Shown here: positions 1-10,824 of the stretch, piece after piece
How the letters are laid out: each line of letters opens with the position of its first letter
How positions within the stretch are numbered: position 1 is the first letter of the stretch
DNA from: Nitrospirota bacterium
GTDB lineage: Bacteria; Nitrospirota; Nitrospiria; Nitrospirales; NS-4
Assembly: GCA_963788195.1 (NCBI GenBank)
Contig: CAWBGA010000002.1
Coordinates: 32,001-96,000, forward strand
Direction: 5' to 3'
DNA: 64,000 nucleotides
Program-made: the position numbers and the translations under genes
The notes under the pieces: generated by a model
Told to the model about the DNA's origin: nothing
Seen by the model: the letters and a program-made list of their open reading frames with translations, nothing else
The model's database searches: none

Positions 1-2
1 GG

Positions 3-173
3 GCGTGGGAATGGACCGGCTCATGGGATCCCTACCAGTATGACCCCGATTTGTACGCCATGGATTTAACGCCGGACATCAAAAACCTGGTGATGGGCAA
101 GGAAGACTGTCAGAAAAAACTCAGCTCGCCTCGCTGGAAAGCCGAAAAGTTCGAAGGACGTTGTTGTAAGTAA
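3..173 (+). CDS. 3' end of a Cys-rich 'GRCCK' family protein (runs off the window start); paralog of 738-1671 and 13175-14122
   Basis: Frame 3 reads AWEWTGSWDPYQYDPDLYAMDLTPDIKNLVMGKEDCQKKLSSPRWKAEKFEGRCCK*, sharing WEWT..G..DC..W..GRCCK with the two other copies. Not in the ORF track. Confidence 0.85.
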   Translation, partial: AWEWTGSWDPYQYDPDLYAMDLTPDIKNLVMGKEDCQKKLSSPRWKAEKFEGRCCK

Positions 174-200
174 TCCCTGGGACTCCTGGTGGACGCTCTC

Positions 201-732
201 ATGCCTATCCTCAGACGAAATCTCTCACGTGGAATCCTTCTCGCTTCTCTTCTGGCGATAGGTTTTGCGGCAGACGCGGCAAGAATTAAGGAGGATCCGG
301 GCGGCTTTAACGGACATCGGTGGGGGGCGCCTTTAGCTGACGTACCCTGCGTTCAAGCAGCTTCAGGACCTGGGCTCCACCGACTTTGTCGCGAAAGCCG
401 GTGTCTACGAGAGTCCAGGGGAAGTCCTAACCTTGAACGATGTACCGATAAAAACGGTTCGCTATCGATTTGTCAATGAGCAGATGGAAAGCATTCACTT
501 ACGCTACGAAGGCCGAGACAACCGCGAGCGATTGATGGCCTGGCTTGAGGAGCGCTTCGGCAGGCTGAGCATATCAGAGAGGAAAATGCTCAACTCTGTT
601 CAGTGGTTCGGCGATAAGACCACCGTAACGCTGACTTACAACCCCCGGACGCAAGAAGGTGCCGTGTGGTTCACGTCGCAGGTGCTCAATCACCTTTTTA
701 ATGATATCCACCAAGGGTCTCAAGGGGACTGA
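201..732 (+). CDS. Secreted hypothetical protein with one apparent +1 frameshift near 345-347; paralog of 23841-24353
   Basis: Signal-peptide-like start, then GGFNGHRWG. Removing one C joins it to ...STDFVAKAGVYESPGEVLTLNDVPIKTVRYRF...YEGRDNRERL, which aligns with 23841-24353. Confidence 0.75.
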
Positions 733-737
733 TTTTG

Positions 738-1671
738 TTATTTGCAACAACGGCCCGGTCGGTTACCGCCGACCCATGGATCCCGGCGGTCCTTCGTTAG
801 CGCAGTCTTTTTTTCCCCTGACCACTGCCAGCCAATCCTCATTTTCTGTCACAAGGCCGCCGCTAGCTAATTCCCCAGCCGCTGCATATTCTGAAGAGCG
901 TGTCCATTCCCACTCCCCCAGTAAGGCCTGAAGGCCGAGGGAATGCCGCTGGTCCTGTTTACAGGCTTGCTCCCACTCTTCAGACCAACAGAGGCGTTTG
1001 AAGTTATTCGCGCAAAATTTCTCCACAACGACCCAGTCCCCGACTTGCGTCTCTTGAATGTCCACACAGAATCCGCCGCTAGCGCCGGCAATCGGGATCA
1101 TTTCTGCCGGACAGGATTCCGGCTTTCCTGCCGGCAGCTCCCTGTGCTCGGGCTCTTTTTTCTGTGTAGCTGCTGCCAGATCCACCGTCGGTTCCGTGAC
1201 GGTGAGCGTGGCGGTAGTCTTCCCGATCGGCGTAGCCAGCTCAACGACCACAGGTCCGAGAGGCACGCCGATTTCAACATCGACAGGGACGCCTACTGAT
1301 TTGGCACGGGGAGCGGTGCCCCCAAAGCGCAGGCCGGGCGTTCCGGCGGAAAGCTTGGCGCCGATCAAGTTGGAGCCTTTAAACACAACCACGGTAGTTT
1401 TTCCCGTTTCAATGGAGGGCGGAACGACCTCCGTGACCCGTGGCTTCATAGTTTCCTGGTCTCCTCGAGTCACCGACACGGTATTATCAAGAGCGTCCGT
1501 TTCGAACATCGCGACCGTCCCCTCAGCATCGATGGAATAAAGGAGCCGGCCGACGTCGTCGTAATAGTCCTTGGGCTCCAGGGCAGCGGAAGCGCTCGAC
1601 AGCCATACCAGTCCGAGAAGAATTCCCAGGTACAGGGGTTTAAAGGAGGAGTTCGAATGAGCGCGGGGCAT
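738..1671 (-). CDS. Secreted protein with an IPT/TIG-like domain and a Cys-rich FGE/C-type-lectin-like C-terminal domain; apparent +1 frameshift near 797
   Basis: Signal peptide; PRVTEVVP..GSNL; GFCVD..KRLC..EW..AC..WEWT. Removing one base gives ...DCATKDRRDPWVGGNRPGRCCK*, matching the paralog C-termini. Confidence 0.75.
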
Positions 1672-1865
1672 AAGCGCCTCCTAGCCCGGCGTTGAATCCA
1701 TTTTACCAACTCGCGTCTGACCTTACCAGTATCCCAGCCATGGCAGCAGGATCCCGGCCTGACTAGGCTAAAGAGCAACAGGGCAACTAATGGGCTTGCA
1801 GGCCCAGTGGAAATTTTATCATAAAAAATTTAACATAAAGATCGTAACCCATTTGCGGGGCAGCT

Positions 1866-3971
1866 ATGACCAAACTGGGTCAGTGGTGGAGCAAGCTCAG
1901 GGTCCATCAAAAAGACTGGTGGGTCATTCTCCTGCTCTCCGTCCCTCTGCTCATGGCTCTTTCAGGCCATGTCGTTATGATCAGCCAATTACTCACTCTG
2001 CAGGAGCAGCATAAAGAGCTGCTTCTGGCCCGCGATCACATTCGACTGCTGAGCCGACTCGGTGTTGATATCGAAGACGGGTTTCGGGGCTATTTGGTGA
2101 CCCAACAGGAGATCTTTTTGGCGCCGATGGAAGAGGCGGCATCCAAACTCGACTCCGTAGTAGCCGATACCTTGGGATTTGTGCGGGGGTTCCCCACCGT
2201 CTTCAAGGAAATTCAGGAGGCGAGTGAGGACCTGCGGACCTTGTTAACGAGCAAGCGAGCCCTGATCGAACAGATCCGGCGTGGGCATGTAGTAGAGGTC
2301 ATCGCTTTTGTCAGGTCGACCAAAGGCCTTGCTCAGTCGAATGCGATCCGGCAGAAAGTTCGAAGCATAGAAGACGACCTCACGCGACGGTTGCAATCGT
2401 TCAAGGCCGAGGAAGAGAAGCACACGCAATCTATCTATCGGGGCCTGCTCCTGACAGCAGTGTTGGCGATCGCGCTTGGCGTCTTAGGTGTCAGGCTCTT
2501 GAGGCGGTCTATCTCCGGCCCGTTGGCGCTTCTTGATTCCTGGATCGCCAGGCTGGGTGAGGACGTCGAGGTCAGCATGAAGCCGATTCCCATCGACACC
2601 ACTGATGAGATTGGCCATATTGCCAGGTCCTTTGAGAGGAGCGCAGACCGGATCCGGCGCCATATACGGGAACTCGAGGCGATCAATGCCATCAGCAAGG
2701 AGATCAATACGATACGACCGGAGGGTCAAGGTGAATTGGTCGAGTTAATCACGGAGCGAGCCGTGAGCATGCTGCAATGCGACAGCTGCCTCGTGATGCT
2801 GCGTCATCACGAGATGAGTTGCTGGGTTGTGGAGGCAGCATCAGGAGATTGGCATCAGACCCTGAGGAAATCGGTTATGCTCTGGGAGGAATTCCCAATT
2901 GCGGTCGAGGCATACGAGACTCGTCGACCTGCTGCAGGCAGCACGGATCTATCTATCGACCCGAGGCCGGACAGCCCTCGTCGAAACATCATGGCGCAGA
3001 GCGAATTGGCGATTCCGCTTTTGAGCAACGGTCAACCGTTCGGAGTGCTGCTTCTATTGATGAAATCCCGTGTAGGGCCTGAGGAATGGAACACGAGGCT
3101 CGCGCACGGCTTTGCGGAAGTCGCGGCCATTGCAATCGGGAATACGCGCACCTATGAATCTGTGAAGCGCAAAGGGGAAGGGCTGGAAATGCGTCTGCAG
3201 CAATTGGAGCACACCGCGCAGATTCTGGCGCATGACCTGAAGGCGCCCGGGGAACGCATGGAAGTCCTGGCGAAGATGCTGTTGGAGGAATACCACGGCG
3301 AGCTTGACGAGCGGGCAACCCGTTGGTTGACTATGATCAGAAAAAATGGGCAGGTGCTCACCAAACATGTTGAGGATATTCTAGAGTTAGCGTCCGTCGG
3401 ATCGGTCAGAGAAGCGATTGAATCGGTCGACCCTGCCTTGGTCATAGACGACGTATTGACAGCGCGGAGCGAAGAATTGAAGGCTAATAATGTCAGGGTG
3501 CAAATGGCTGTTAGCTTCTTCAAAGTATCTTGCCACCGTGCCTATCTACGCCAGGTCTTCGACAATCTCATCTCGAACGCCATCAAGTTTTCAGCGGGGC
3601 AATCTCAGCCGCGCATCCGAATCACTGCGAAACGGCAGGGTGACATGATTCAATTCTCAGTCAGTGACAACGGCCGTGGAGTTCCTATGGAGGATCGGGC
3701 GCGCGTGTTCGAACCTTTCGTTCGCCTGGACTCCTCCACTGAGGGCAGTGGAATCGGTTTGAGTATCGTCAAGCGAATAGTCGAATTCTACCAAGGTCGG
3801 ATCTGGATTGAAGATTCCAGTAGTCAGGGTTGTACGGTAACCTTCGCCATACCTATGCTGGAAGATAGGCGGGAGACGGTAACCTCTGGCATGTCTACAC
3901 TGGAGGATCGGCGGAAGAAGAATAGTTCCGGCGATACCGGAACAGCCACCGAGGGTGCGCTTCCATCTTGA
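1866..3971 (+). CDS. Membrane sensor histidine kinase (CHASE3-HAMP-GAF-HisKA-HATPase)
   Basis: Two TM segments around DIEDGFRGYLVT (CHASE3-like); DEIGHIARSF (HAMP); GAF-like region; HDLKAP H-box; NLISNAIKF, DNGRG and GSGIGLS boxes. Confidence 0.9.
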   Translation: MTKLGQWWSKLRVHQKDWWVILLLSVPLLMALSGHVVMISQLLTLQEQHKELLLARDHIRLLSRLGVDIEDGFRGYLVTQQEIFLAPMEEAASKLDSVVADTLGFVRGFPTVFKEIQEASEDLRTLLTSKRALIEQIRRGHVVEVIAFVRSTKGLAQSNAIRQKVRSIEDDLTRRLQSFKAEEEKHTQSIYRGLLLTAVLAIALGVLGVRLLRRSISGPLALLDSWIARLGEDVEVSMKPIPIDTTDEIGHIARSFERSADRIRRHIRELEAINAISKEINTIRPEGQGELVELITERAVSMLQCDSCLVMLRHHEMSCWVVEAASGDWHQTLRKSVMLWEEFPIAVEAYETRRPAAGSTDLSIDPRPDSPRRNIMAQSELAIPLLSNGQPFGVLLLLMKSRVGPEEWNTRLAHGFAEVAAIAIGNTRTYESVKRKGEGLEMRLQQLEHTAQILAHDLKAPGERMEVLAKMLLEEYHGELDERATRWLTMIRKNGQVLTKHVEDILELASVGSVREAIESVDPALVIDDVLTARSEELKANNVRVQMAVSFFKVSCHRAYLRQVFDNLISNAIKFSAGQSQPRIRITAKRQGDMIQFSVSDNGRGVPMEDRARVFEPFVRLDSSTEGSGIGLSIVKRIVEFYQGRIWIEDSSSQGCTVTFAIPMLEDRRETVTSGMSTLEDRRKKNSSGDTGTATEGALPS

Positions 3972-3984
3972 GGCGACCAGCATA

Positions 3985-5445
3985 ATGTCTCAGGTAATTC
4001 TAGATTCCCTGCCGGCACAGCGTGCGAAAGATTCTCCGTTTACCATTCTCGTGGTGGACGACGATGCTGCTGATATGGAGGTCATGCTGCACGCGATCGA
4101 AAAAGCCGATCTCAAGACGGTCACCGGCGAAATCGATCTTCAGGTAAAAGCTACCGCCGAAGGCGCGTTACGTTTGTTGGCTGAGCAACCAGTGGATCTG
4201 GTCCTCACGGATGTGGTCATGCCCGGTATGGACGGGCTTGACCTCCTGAACCGCATTCAGAAGATTGACCCCGATCTTCCGGTGTTGGTTGTCACCCGGT
4301 TGAAGGGCATCCAGACCGCAGTGGAGGCCATGAAACGGGGAGCGTACGACTACATTCTGAAGCCGGTCACGGCCGAAGATTTCGGGATGCGGCTCCATCG
4401 CGCGATCCGCATTTCGGAAATCCTTCGCTTTAACTCAGCATTCAAGCGCGCCGCGCGGCAGCAAGCTAAAGAAGAAACTTTAGTGGGCGAAAGCCCCGCT
4501 TTCCGGGAGGTGCTTCGACTGGTGCGAGAAGCTTCACAAATCCGGTCTACGGTGCTCATCACCGGAGAGACTGGAACGGGGAAGGGTCTGATCGCGCGGG
4601 CGATTCACGAGGAGAGCCGAGCAAGCGACCAACCCTACCAGGTCATTGATTGTACCTCGATGCCGGAAGGGATGGTCGAAAGCGAATTGTTCGGGCATGT
4701 GCGCGGCGCCTTCACCGGCGCCATCGCGGATAAGCCGGGACTGATTGAGCTTGGCAATGGCGGAACGGTATTCCTCGACGAGATCGGAGAGCTGTCGCTT
4801 CAATTGCAGACCAAGCTGTTGCGTGTACTGGAGGAAAACGAAGTGCGCCGAGTCGGCGGAACGCGGGCAAAACGGGTTGAGATGCGTTTCATCGCAGCCA
4901 CCAACCAATCACTGCAAGAGAAGATAAAGGCCGGGACATTCCGGAAAGACCTTTATTATCGGCTTGCGGTGGTAGAGATCAATATGCCACCGCTCCGTGA
5001 GCGGCCTGAGGACATCGGACCGATTGCGAGGCAATTCTGTAATCGATTCGGAAGAGAAATGGGAAAACCGTCCTGCCACCTGGACTCCGCGGCGCTGGCA
5101 GAACTCGTTCCCTACCAGTGGCCCGGCAACGTGCGGGAGCTACGAAACGTGATCGAACGGGCAATGATGCTCGCCCCCGGCGGAGTCATTACGCAGGCAG
5201 ACGTGAAAGCATTGCTTCTAAAAAAAGAGGAGGCAACCGATGCCGCTGCCTACGCGGAGTTGCCTTATTTTGAGGCCAAGCAAAAGGCGCTGGCCGATTT
5301 CACCCTGGCGTATCTACGGTCCAAACTCGCCATGCATGGCGGCCGCGTCTCGAAAGCGGCGGATGCCAGCGGCATACCTCGCCAGCATTTCTACCTTCTC
5401 ATGAAGCGGTATCTGGATAAGATCGGCAAAGAGTCAATCTCCTAG
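3985..5445 (+). CDS. Sigma54-dependent response regulator (NtrC family) directly upstream of nxrA
   Basis: Receiver (ILVVDDD..DVVMPGMDG), GETGTGK, ESELFGH, GAFTGA, FLDEIGE, WPGNVREL, C-terminal Fis-like HTH. Start codon uncertain. Confidence 0.92.
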   Translation: MSQVILDSLPAQRAKDSPFTILVVDDDAADMEVMLHAIEKADLKTVTGEIDLQVKATAEGALRLLAEQPVDLVLTDVVMPGMDGLDLLNRIQKIDPDLPVLVVTRLKGIQTAVEAMKRGAYDYILKPVTAEDFGMRLHRAIRISEILRFNSAFKRAARQQAKEETLVGESPAFREVLRLVREASQIRSTVLITGETGTGKGLIARAIHEESRASDQPYQVIDCTSMPEGMVESELFGHVRGAFTGAIADKPGLIELGNGGTVFLDEIGELSLQLQTKLLRVLEENEVRRVGGTRAKRVEMRFIAATNQSLQEKIKAGTFRKDLYYRLAVVEINMPPLRERPEDIGPIARQFCNRFGREMGKPSCHLDSAALAELVPYQWPGNVRELRNVIERAMMLAPGGVITQADVKALLLKKEEATDAAAYAELPYFEAKQKALADFTLAYLRSKLAMHGGRVSKAADASGIPRQHFYLLMKRYLDKIGKESIS

Positions 5446-5621
5446 TTGCCTTCCTCGAGGGCCGCGTGACGAATCGGTGACACCGGTTCGCTGCACCCCC
5501 CGTCGTTATTCCGAGTCGACCTTCCCGTATCCCTCAAAAGTTACATTCTAGCTCTAGAAAGACGGAAGTTCGTTCACCCAGAGAAGGATTTCTACGTAAA
5601 AATACCCCCATACGATGATGA

Positions 5622-5638
5622 GTCATAGAATCTATGAC
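5622..5638. promoter_or_regulatory. Perfect palindrome GTCATAGA-A-TCTATGAC; candidate enhancer (UAS) of the nxr sigma54 promoter
   Basis: Inverted repeat about 180 bp upstream of the -24 box. Confidence 0.55.
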
Positions 5639-5818
5639 AGCGTTAACGTAAAGTAATCAATAAGGATTCAAGCAGCGTCTGACCGTCTCTGTCATATCCG
5701 CGTATGGAATTGCGTTAGTTCAGGTGCTCGCCAGCCGCCAAGATACTGTATGATATTTTTACATATTTTCAATCTGTTATGAGAGCCGCCCGCCTTTTTA
5801 TCCTGGGTCTCTGACTGC

Positions 5819-5834
5819 TGGCAGTCTCCTTGCT
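5819..5834 (+). promoter_or_regulatory. Sigma54 (-24/-12) promoter of nxrAB
   Basis: TGGCAGTCTCCTTGCT with exact GG-N10-GC spacing, about 130 bp before the nxrA ATG and just downstream of a GAFTGA activator gene. Confidence 0.75.
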
Positions 5835-5966
5835 TTAGTCCCGTCCTAACGGCGGAAGCCGTGTGTCTAGCGAAATGCTACATGCCTGTTAATGGAGGGA
5901 GGTGAGACAGCGCTGATTGGTCAGTGAGACCACGAAAGTTTCTATCAACGCCAGGAGGACAAGACG

Positions 5967-8900
5967 ATGTTTTTGACGAGACGACAATTCTTAAAGACAA
6001 GCGCGGGAACAATCGCCGCGGTAGTGATTGCGGATCAGGCGCTGGCTTTAACGGCGCTCCAGCCCGTGATCGAGGTGGGCAATCCTCTGGGTGAGTATCC
6101 GGACCGGTCTTGGGAGCGTGTGTATCACGACCAGTATCGGTATGACACGTCGTTTTCCTACATCTGCTCGCCGAACGATACACATGGATGCCGCGTGCGC
6201 GCCTTCGTCCGAAACGGCGTGGTCATGCGGGTCGAGCAGAACTATGACCACCAGAGCTACGAGGACCTGTACGGAAACCGAGGCACCTTCGCATGGAACC
6301 CCCGTATGTGCTTGAAGGGCTATACCTTCCACCGTCGCGTGTACGGCCCTTATCGTTTGAAGGGACCCATGCTCCGGAAGGCCTGGAAGCAGTGGGTGGA
6401 TGACGGATGTCCTGAGCTCACGCCGGAGACCAAAATCAAGTACAAGTTCTTGAACCGCGGTGAAGACGACATGATCAGAGTTTCCTGGGATACGGCGGGG
6501 ATGTACCTGGCCAAGGGGCAAATGAAAATTGCCGAGCGGTACTCCGGTGAAGCCGGCGCGCGGCGCCTTCGCGAACAGGGCTACCCACCGGAAATGATCG
6601 AGGCGATGAAAGGCGGCGGGACGAAGACGTTCAAGTATCGTCCAGGGATGGCCGTGCTTGGATATATGGGCAAGATCGGCCATGGTCGGAATTGTAACTC
6701 CACCCTGGCCCTGCTGGACGCCTACATACGTAAGGTCGGTCCCGACAAGGCCACCGGCGGTCGGAATCTATCGAACTACACCTGGCATGGCGATCAGAAC
6801 CCGGCACATCCCTTCTGGTGCGGCGTGCAGACCTCGGACGACGACCACAGCGACATGCGTTTCAGGAAACTGCACACCAGCTGGGGCAAGAACTTCATCG
6901 AGCATAAAATGCCGGAAGCCCACTGGATGATTGAATGCATGGAGCGGGGCGGGCGTATCGTGAGCATCGCGCCGGAATACAACCCACCGGCGACCAAGTC
7001 GGACTACTGGGTCCCGATCCGTTGCGGGGGAGACGGCGCGTTCTTCCTCGGCGCGATCAAGATCCTCATGGATGAGAACCTCTATGATGGCGACTTCTGC
7101 AAGCAGTTCACCGACATGCCGATTCTGGTTCGGACCGACACGCTGACTTACCTCGATCCGCGTGAGGTCGTCAAGGACTATATGATGGCGGATCTCACTA
7201 AGAGCCTATTCCTTCAAGGTGCAGGGCTTGAAGCCCGACCAACGGGAACGCCTGGGCGACTTCATGGTCTGGGATGCGGCCAAAAACCAGGCTGTTCCAA
7301 TGCATCGGGAAATGGTCGGGGCGCACATGACGAAGGCAGGTATCGATCCGTCGCTCGAGGGAGTGTACCGGGTCAAGCTACTGGACGGCAAGGACGTGGA
7401 CGTCATGCCGGTCTTTCAGTTGTACAAGATCCATGTGCAGGACTTCGACCTGGACACCACCTTCCAGATCACCAATACGCCGAAAGATCTGATCGTGCGT
7501 TGGGCGCGGGATGCGGGAACAATCCATCCGCATGCGATCCACAACGGCGAGGGTGTGAACCATTACTTCCACATGACGGCGAACGGGCGGGGCGCCGCCA
7601 TGGTCACGATCATTTGCGGCGACCAAGGCAAGTTCGGCGCGGGGCAACACACGTGGGCGGGCAATTATAAGGCCGGCATCCCGCAGGGGACACCGTGGTC
7701 CGGCCCGGGCCTCGGCGTGTGGGGCGTGGAAGATCCCTGGAACATGAACCTGGATCCGAATGCCCACGGCAAGGAGATCAAGACGAAGTCCTATCGGTAC
7801 GGCGAGGAAGTGTCCTACTGGAACCATGGCGAGCGGCCATTGGTCGTGAACACGCCGAAGTACGGCCGCAAGATGTTTACGGGCAAAACCCACATGCCGT
7901 CGCCGACGAAGGTTCTGTGGACCGTGAACAATAACCACCTGAACAACGCCAAGTACCACTACGACATGGTCAAGAACGTTGACCCAAGCATCGAGTGCAT
8001 CGTGGTTCAGGATATCGAGATGACATCGGGCGTGAACTATTCGGATATCACCTTTGCCGTCAACACATGGATGGAATTCACCTATCCGGAGTGTACCGCC
8101 TCGGTGTCGAACCCGTGGTGGCAGGTGTGGAAGGGCGGCATCAGGCCGTTGTACGACACCCGAAACGACCTCGATTGCTACACCATCGTGTGCAACCACT
8201 TCCAAGAGATGACCGGGTGATAAGAAGTTCACGGATCAGTGGAAGTTTGTCTATGAGAACAAGGTCGATGTCTATCTGCAGCGACTGATGGATGCCTCCG
8301 TCACGCTGTACGGCTACAACGCCAAGACACTGCTTGCAGTCTGAAAAAGGGTGGTTCGTTCTGGTGCGGACATATCCCAGAATACCGTTCTGGAGCGAAG
8401 TGAATGAGTCAAAACCGATGTGGACACGCACCGGGCGGTTTGAGAACTACCGGGTCGAGCCCGAGTGCATCGAGTACGGCGAAAACTTTATCGTGCACCG
8501 GGAGGACCCGGAAGCTACGCCGTATCTGCCGAACGTGATCATCAGCAGCAACCCGCATGTGCGGCCGGATGACTACGGCATTCCGATCACGGCGATGCAC
8601 CATGACGACCGTCATGTGCGCAACACCAAGCTGCCGTGGCAGGAGGCTCGTAAGCACGTGAACCCGTTGTGGGAGAAGGGGTATCAGTTCTACTGCGTGA
8701 CCCCGAAGACCCGGCACCGGGTGCACAGCCAATGGTCGGTCAATGACTGGATCCAGATGTTCGAATCCAACTTCGGCGATCCTTACCGGATGGACAAGCG
8801 GACGCCGGGGGTCGGCGAGCATCAGATGCATTTAAATCCCACGGCGGCGAAAGACCGGGGCATCAACGACGGCGACTACATCTATGTGGACGCCAACCCG

Positions 8901-9407
8901 GCCGACCGGCCGTATCGTGGATGGAAGCCGAGCGATCCGTTCTACAAGGTCAGCCGGCTGATGATCCGAGCCAAGTACAATCCTGCCTTCCCATACGCCG
9001 TGACGATGATGAAGCACGCGCCTTTTGTGGCGACCGCCAAGTCGGTGAAGGGCCATGAGACCCGGCCGGACGGGCGGGCGATCGCGGCGGACACGGGCTA
9101 TCAGAGCAACTTCCGCTATGGATCGCAACAGTCGATCACGCGGTCGTGGCTGATGCCCATGCATCAGACAGACAGCTTGCCCGGCAAGAATATGCTGGCG
9201 CATAACTTTAAGTTCGGGTATCAACCGGACAATCACGGCGTCAACACCGTCCCCAAGAGCACCTTAATCCGCCTTGCGAAGGCGGAGGACGGCGGCATCG
9301 GGGCGCGGGGGCCGTGGGAGCCGGTGCGGACCGGCTTCACGCCGGCGCAGGAGAACGAATGGATGCTCAAGTGGCTCAAGGGCGAGAGCATTAAGATCAA
9401 GGTCTAA
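5967..9407 (+). CDS. nxrA: Nitrite oxidoreductase alpha subunit, periplasmic Nitrospira type; three apparent +1 frameshifts (near 7205, 8215, 8334)
   Basis: Tat motif TRRQFLK; Fe-S motif CSPNDTHGC..RMC; NYTWHGDQ with the Mo-ligand Asp; C-terminus WLKGESIKIKV. Span is 3441 nt; removing 3 nt gives 1145 aa. AGGAGG RBS. Confidence 0.95.
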
Positions 9408-9414
9408 GCGGAAC

Positions 9415-9444
9415 AGGGACAGGCGGCGAACACCGCCTGTCCCT
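9415..9444. repeat. Hairpin AGGGACAGGCGG/CCGCCTGTCCCT between nxrA and nxrB
   Basis: Perfect 12-bp stem; member of the dispersed GGGACAGG palindrome family. Confidence 0.7.
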
Positions 9445-9461
9445 CTTGAACGGAGGAACCC

Positions 9462-10751
9462 ATGCCGGAAGTCTATAACTGGCAGTTAGGCCGCAAGATG
9501 CTCTATCCCTATGAGGAGCGGCATCCGAAGTGGCAGTTTTCGTTTGCGTTCAACATCAATCGGTGTATTGCGTGTCAGACCTGTTCGATGGCGGACAAGT
9601 CGACGTGGCTGTTCTCGAAAGGACAGGAGTACATGTGGTGGAACAATGTGGAGACCAAGCCGTACGGCGGGTACCCGCAGTTCTACGACGTGAAGGTGGC
9701 CCAATTGGTGGAGCAGGTGAACCCGGGCGGGCAGGTGTGGAACACCCGGGTGGGGCGCAAGCACCATGCGCCCTACGGGGTGTTCGAGGGGTTCACGATC
9801 TTTGATGCGGGCGCCAAGATTGGGCAGGCGGCGATCGGGTATATCCCGACGGACCAGGAATGGCGCTTTGTGAACATCTACGAGGACACGGCGACGTCGA
9901 TGCGGGCCCTGGTGGATGGGAACGACAAGTCGGGGTTTTCGGCGGCGGAGCCCTGGAAGAGCCAAGGGGCGAGCCTGCCGGAGCACGAGACGTTCTTCTT
10001 CTATCTGCAGCGGATCTGCAATCACTGCACGTATCCGGGGTGTCTGGCGGCGTGTCCGCGCAAGGCGATCTACAAGCGCCCGGAGGACGGGATTGTGCTG
10101 ATCGACCAGAACCGGTGCCGGGGCTATAAGAAGTGCGTGGAGCAGTGTCCGTACAAGAAGCCGATGTACCGGGGGACGACGCGGGTCAGTGAGAAGTGTA
10201 TTGCGTGCTACCCGCGGGTGGAGGGCAAGGATCCGCTGACGGGCGGGGAGCCGATGGAGACGCGGTGCATGGCGGCGTGCGTGGGCAAGATCCGCATGCA
10301 GGGGCTCAACAAGATCGGGGATGATGGGTTGTGGGCGGAGGATCGGTGGCATCCCTTGTACTACGCGATTCGCGTGGAGCAGGTGGCGCTGCCGCTGTAT
10401 CCGCAGTGGGGGACGGAGCCCAACGGGTTCTACTTCCCGCCGCGCCATGCCCCGCGGGGGTACATCCGGCAGATGTTTGGGCCGGGGGTGGACAACGCGA
10501 TCGACCGGTACATTGTGCCGAGCCGCGAGCTGCTGGCGGTGCTGCAGCTGTGGCGGGCGAGCCAGCAGATCTTGTTCCGGTACGACGTGATTCCGGGGCC
10601 GAAGGTGTTTGAGACCCAGATTCACGGGCGCAAGTTTGAGATGTACAACGACACGGTGCTCGGGTTCAACAAGTCGGGCAAGGAGATCGTGCGCATCCAG
10701 GTGGAAGAGCCGATCTACATTCGCCCGGCCGAGCGCGTGACCTGGCTGTAA
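9462..10751 (+). CDS. nxrB: Nitrite oxidoreductase beta (Fe-S) subunit
   Basis: MPEVYNWQLGR start; motifs CIACQTCSMAD, CNHCTYPGCLAACP, CRGYKKCVEQCP, CIAC..CMAAC; 429 aa; GGAGG RBS. Confidence 0.97.
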   Translation: MPEVYNWQLGRKMLYPYEERHPKWQFSFAFNINRCIACQTCSMADKSTWLFSKGQEYMWWNNVETKPYGGYPQFYDVKVAQLVEQVNPGGQVWNTRVGRKHHAPYGVFEGFTIFDAGAKIGQAAIGYIPTDQEWRFVNIYEDTATSMRALVDGNDKSGFSAAEPWKSQGASLPEHETFFFYLQRICNHCTYPGCLAACPRKAIYKRPEDGIVLIDQNRCRGYKKCVEQCPYKKPMYRGTTRVSEKCIACYPRVEGKDPLTGGEPMETRCMAACVGKIRMQGLNKIGDDGLWAEDRWHPLYYAIRVEQVALPLYPQWGTEPNGFYFPPRHAPRGYIRQMFGPGVDNAIDRYIVPSRELLAVLQLWRASQQILFRYDVIPGPKVFETQIHGRKFEMYNDTVLGFNKSGKEIVRIQVEEPIYIRPAERVTWL

Positions 10752-10756
10752 GCGCA

Positions 10757-10806
10757 GGGGGGACGGTCCCTCTTTTTCGTCCAAGAAAAAGGGGACTGTC
10801 CCTTTT
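10757..10806 (+). terminator. Probable terminator or REP-like hairpin after nxrB
   Basis: GGGACGGTCCCTCTTTTTC / GAAAAAGGGGACTGTCCC inverted repeat followed by TTTT. Confidence 0.65.
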
Positions 10807-10824
10807 CGTTCAGAATGACGGTAT

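Noticed and set aside
5967..9407. nxrA as a pseudogene or programmed frameshift
   Set aside because: The same +1 pattern hits housekeeping genes, no slippery sites were seen, and the corrected ORF is full length.
9486..10784. 432-aa antisense ORF over nxrB
   Set aside because: Shadow frame of a GC-rich, strongly codon-biased gene; no recognisable motifs.
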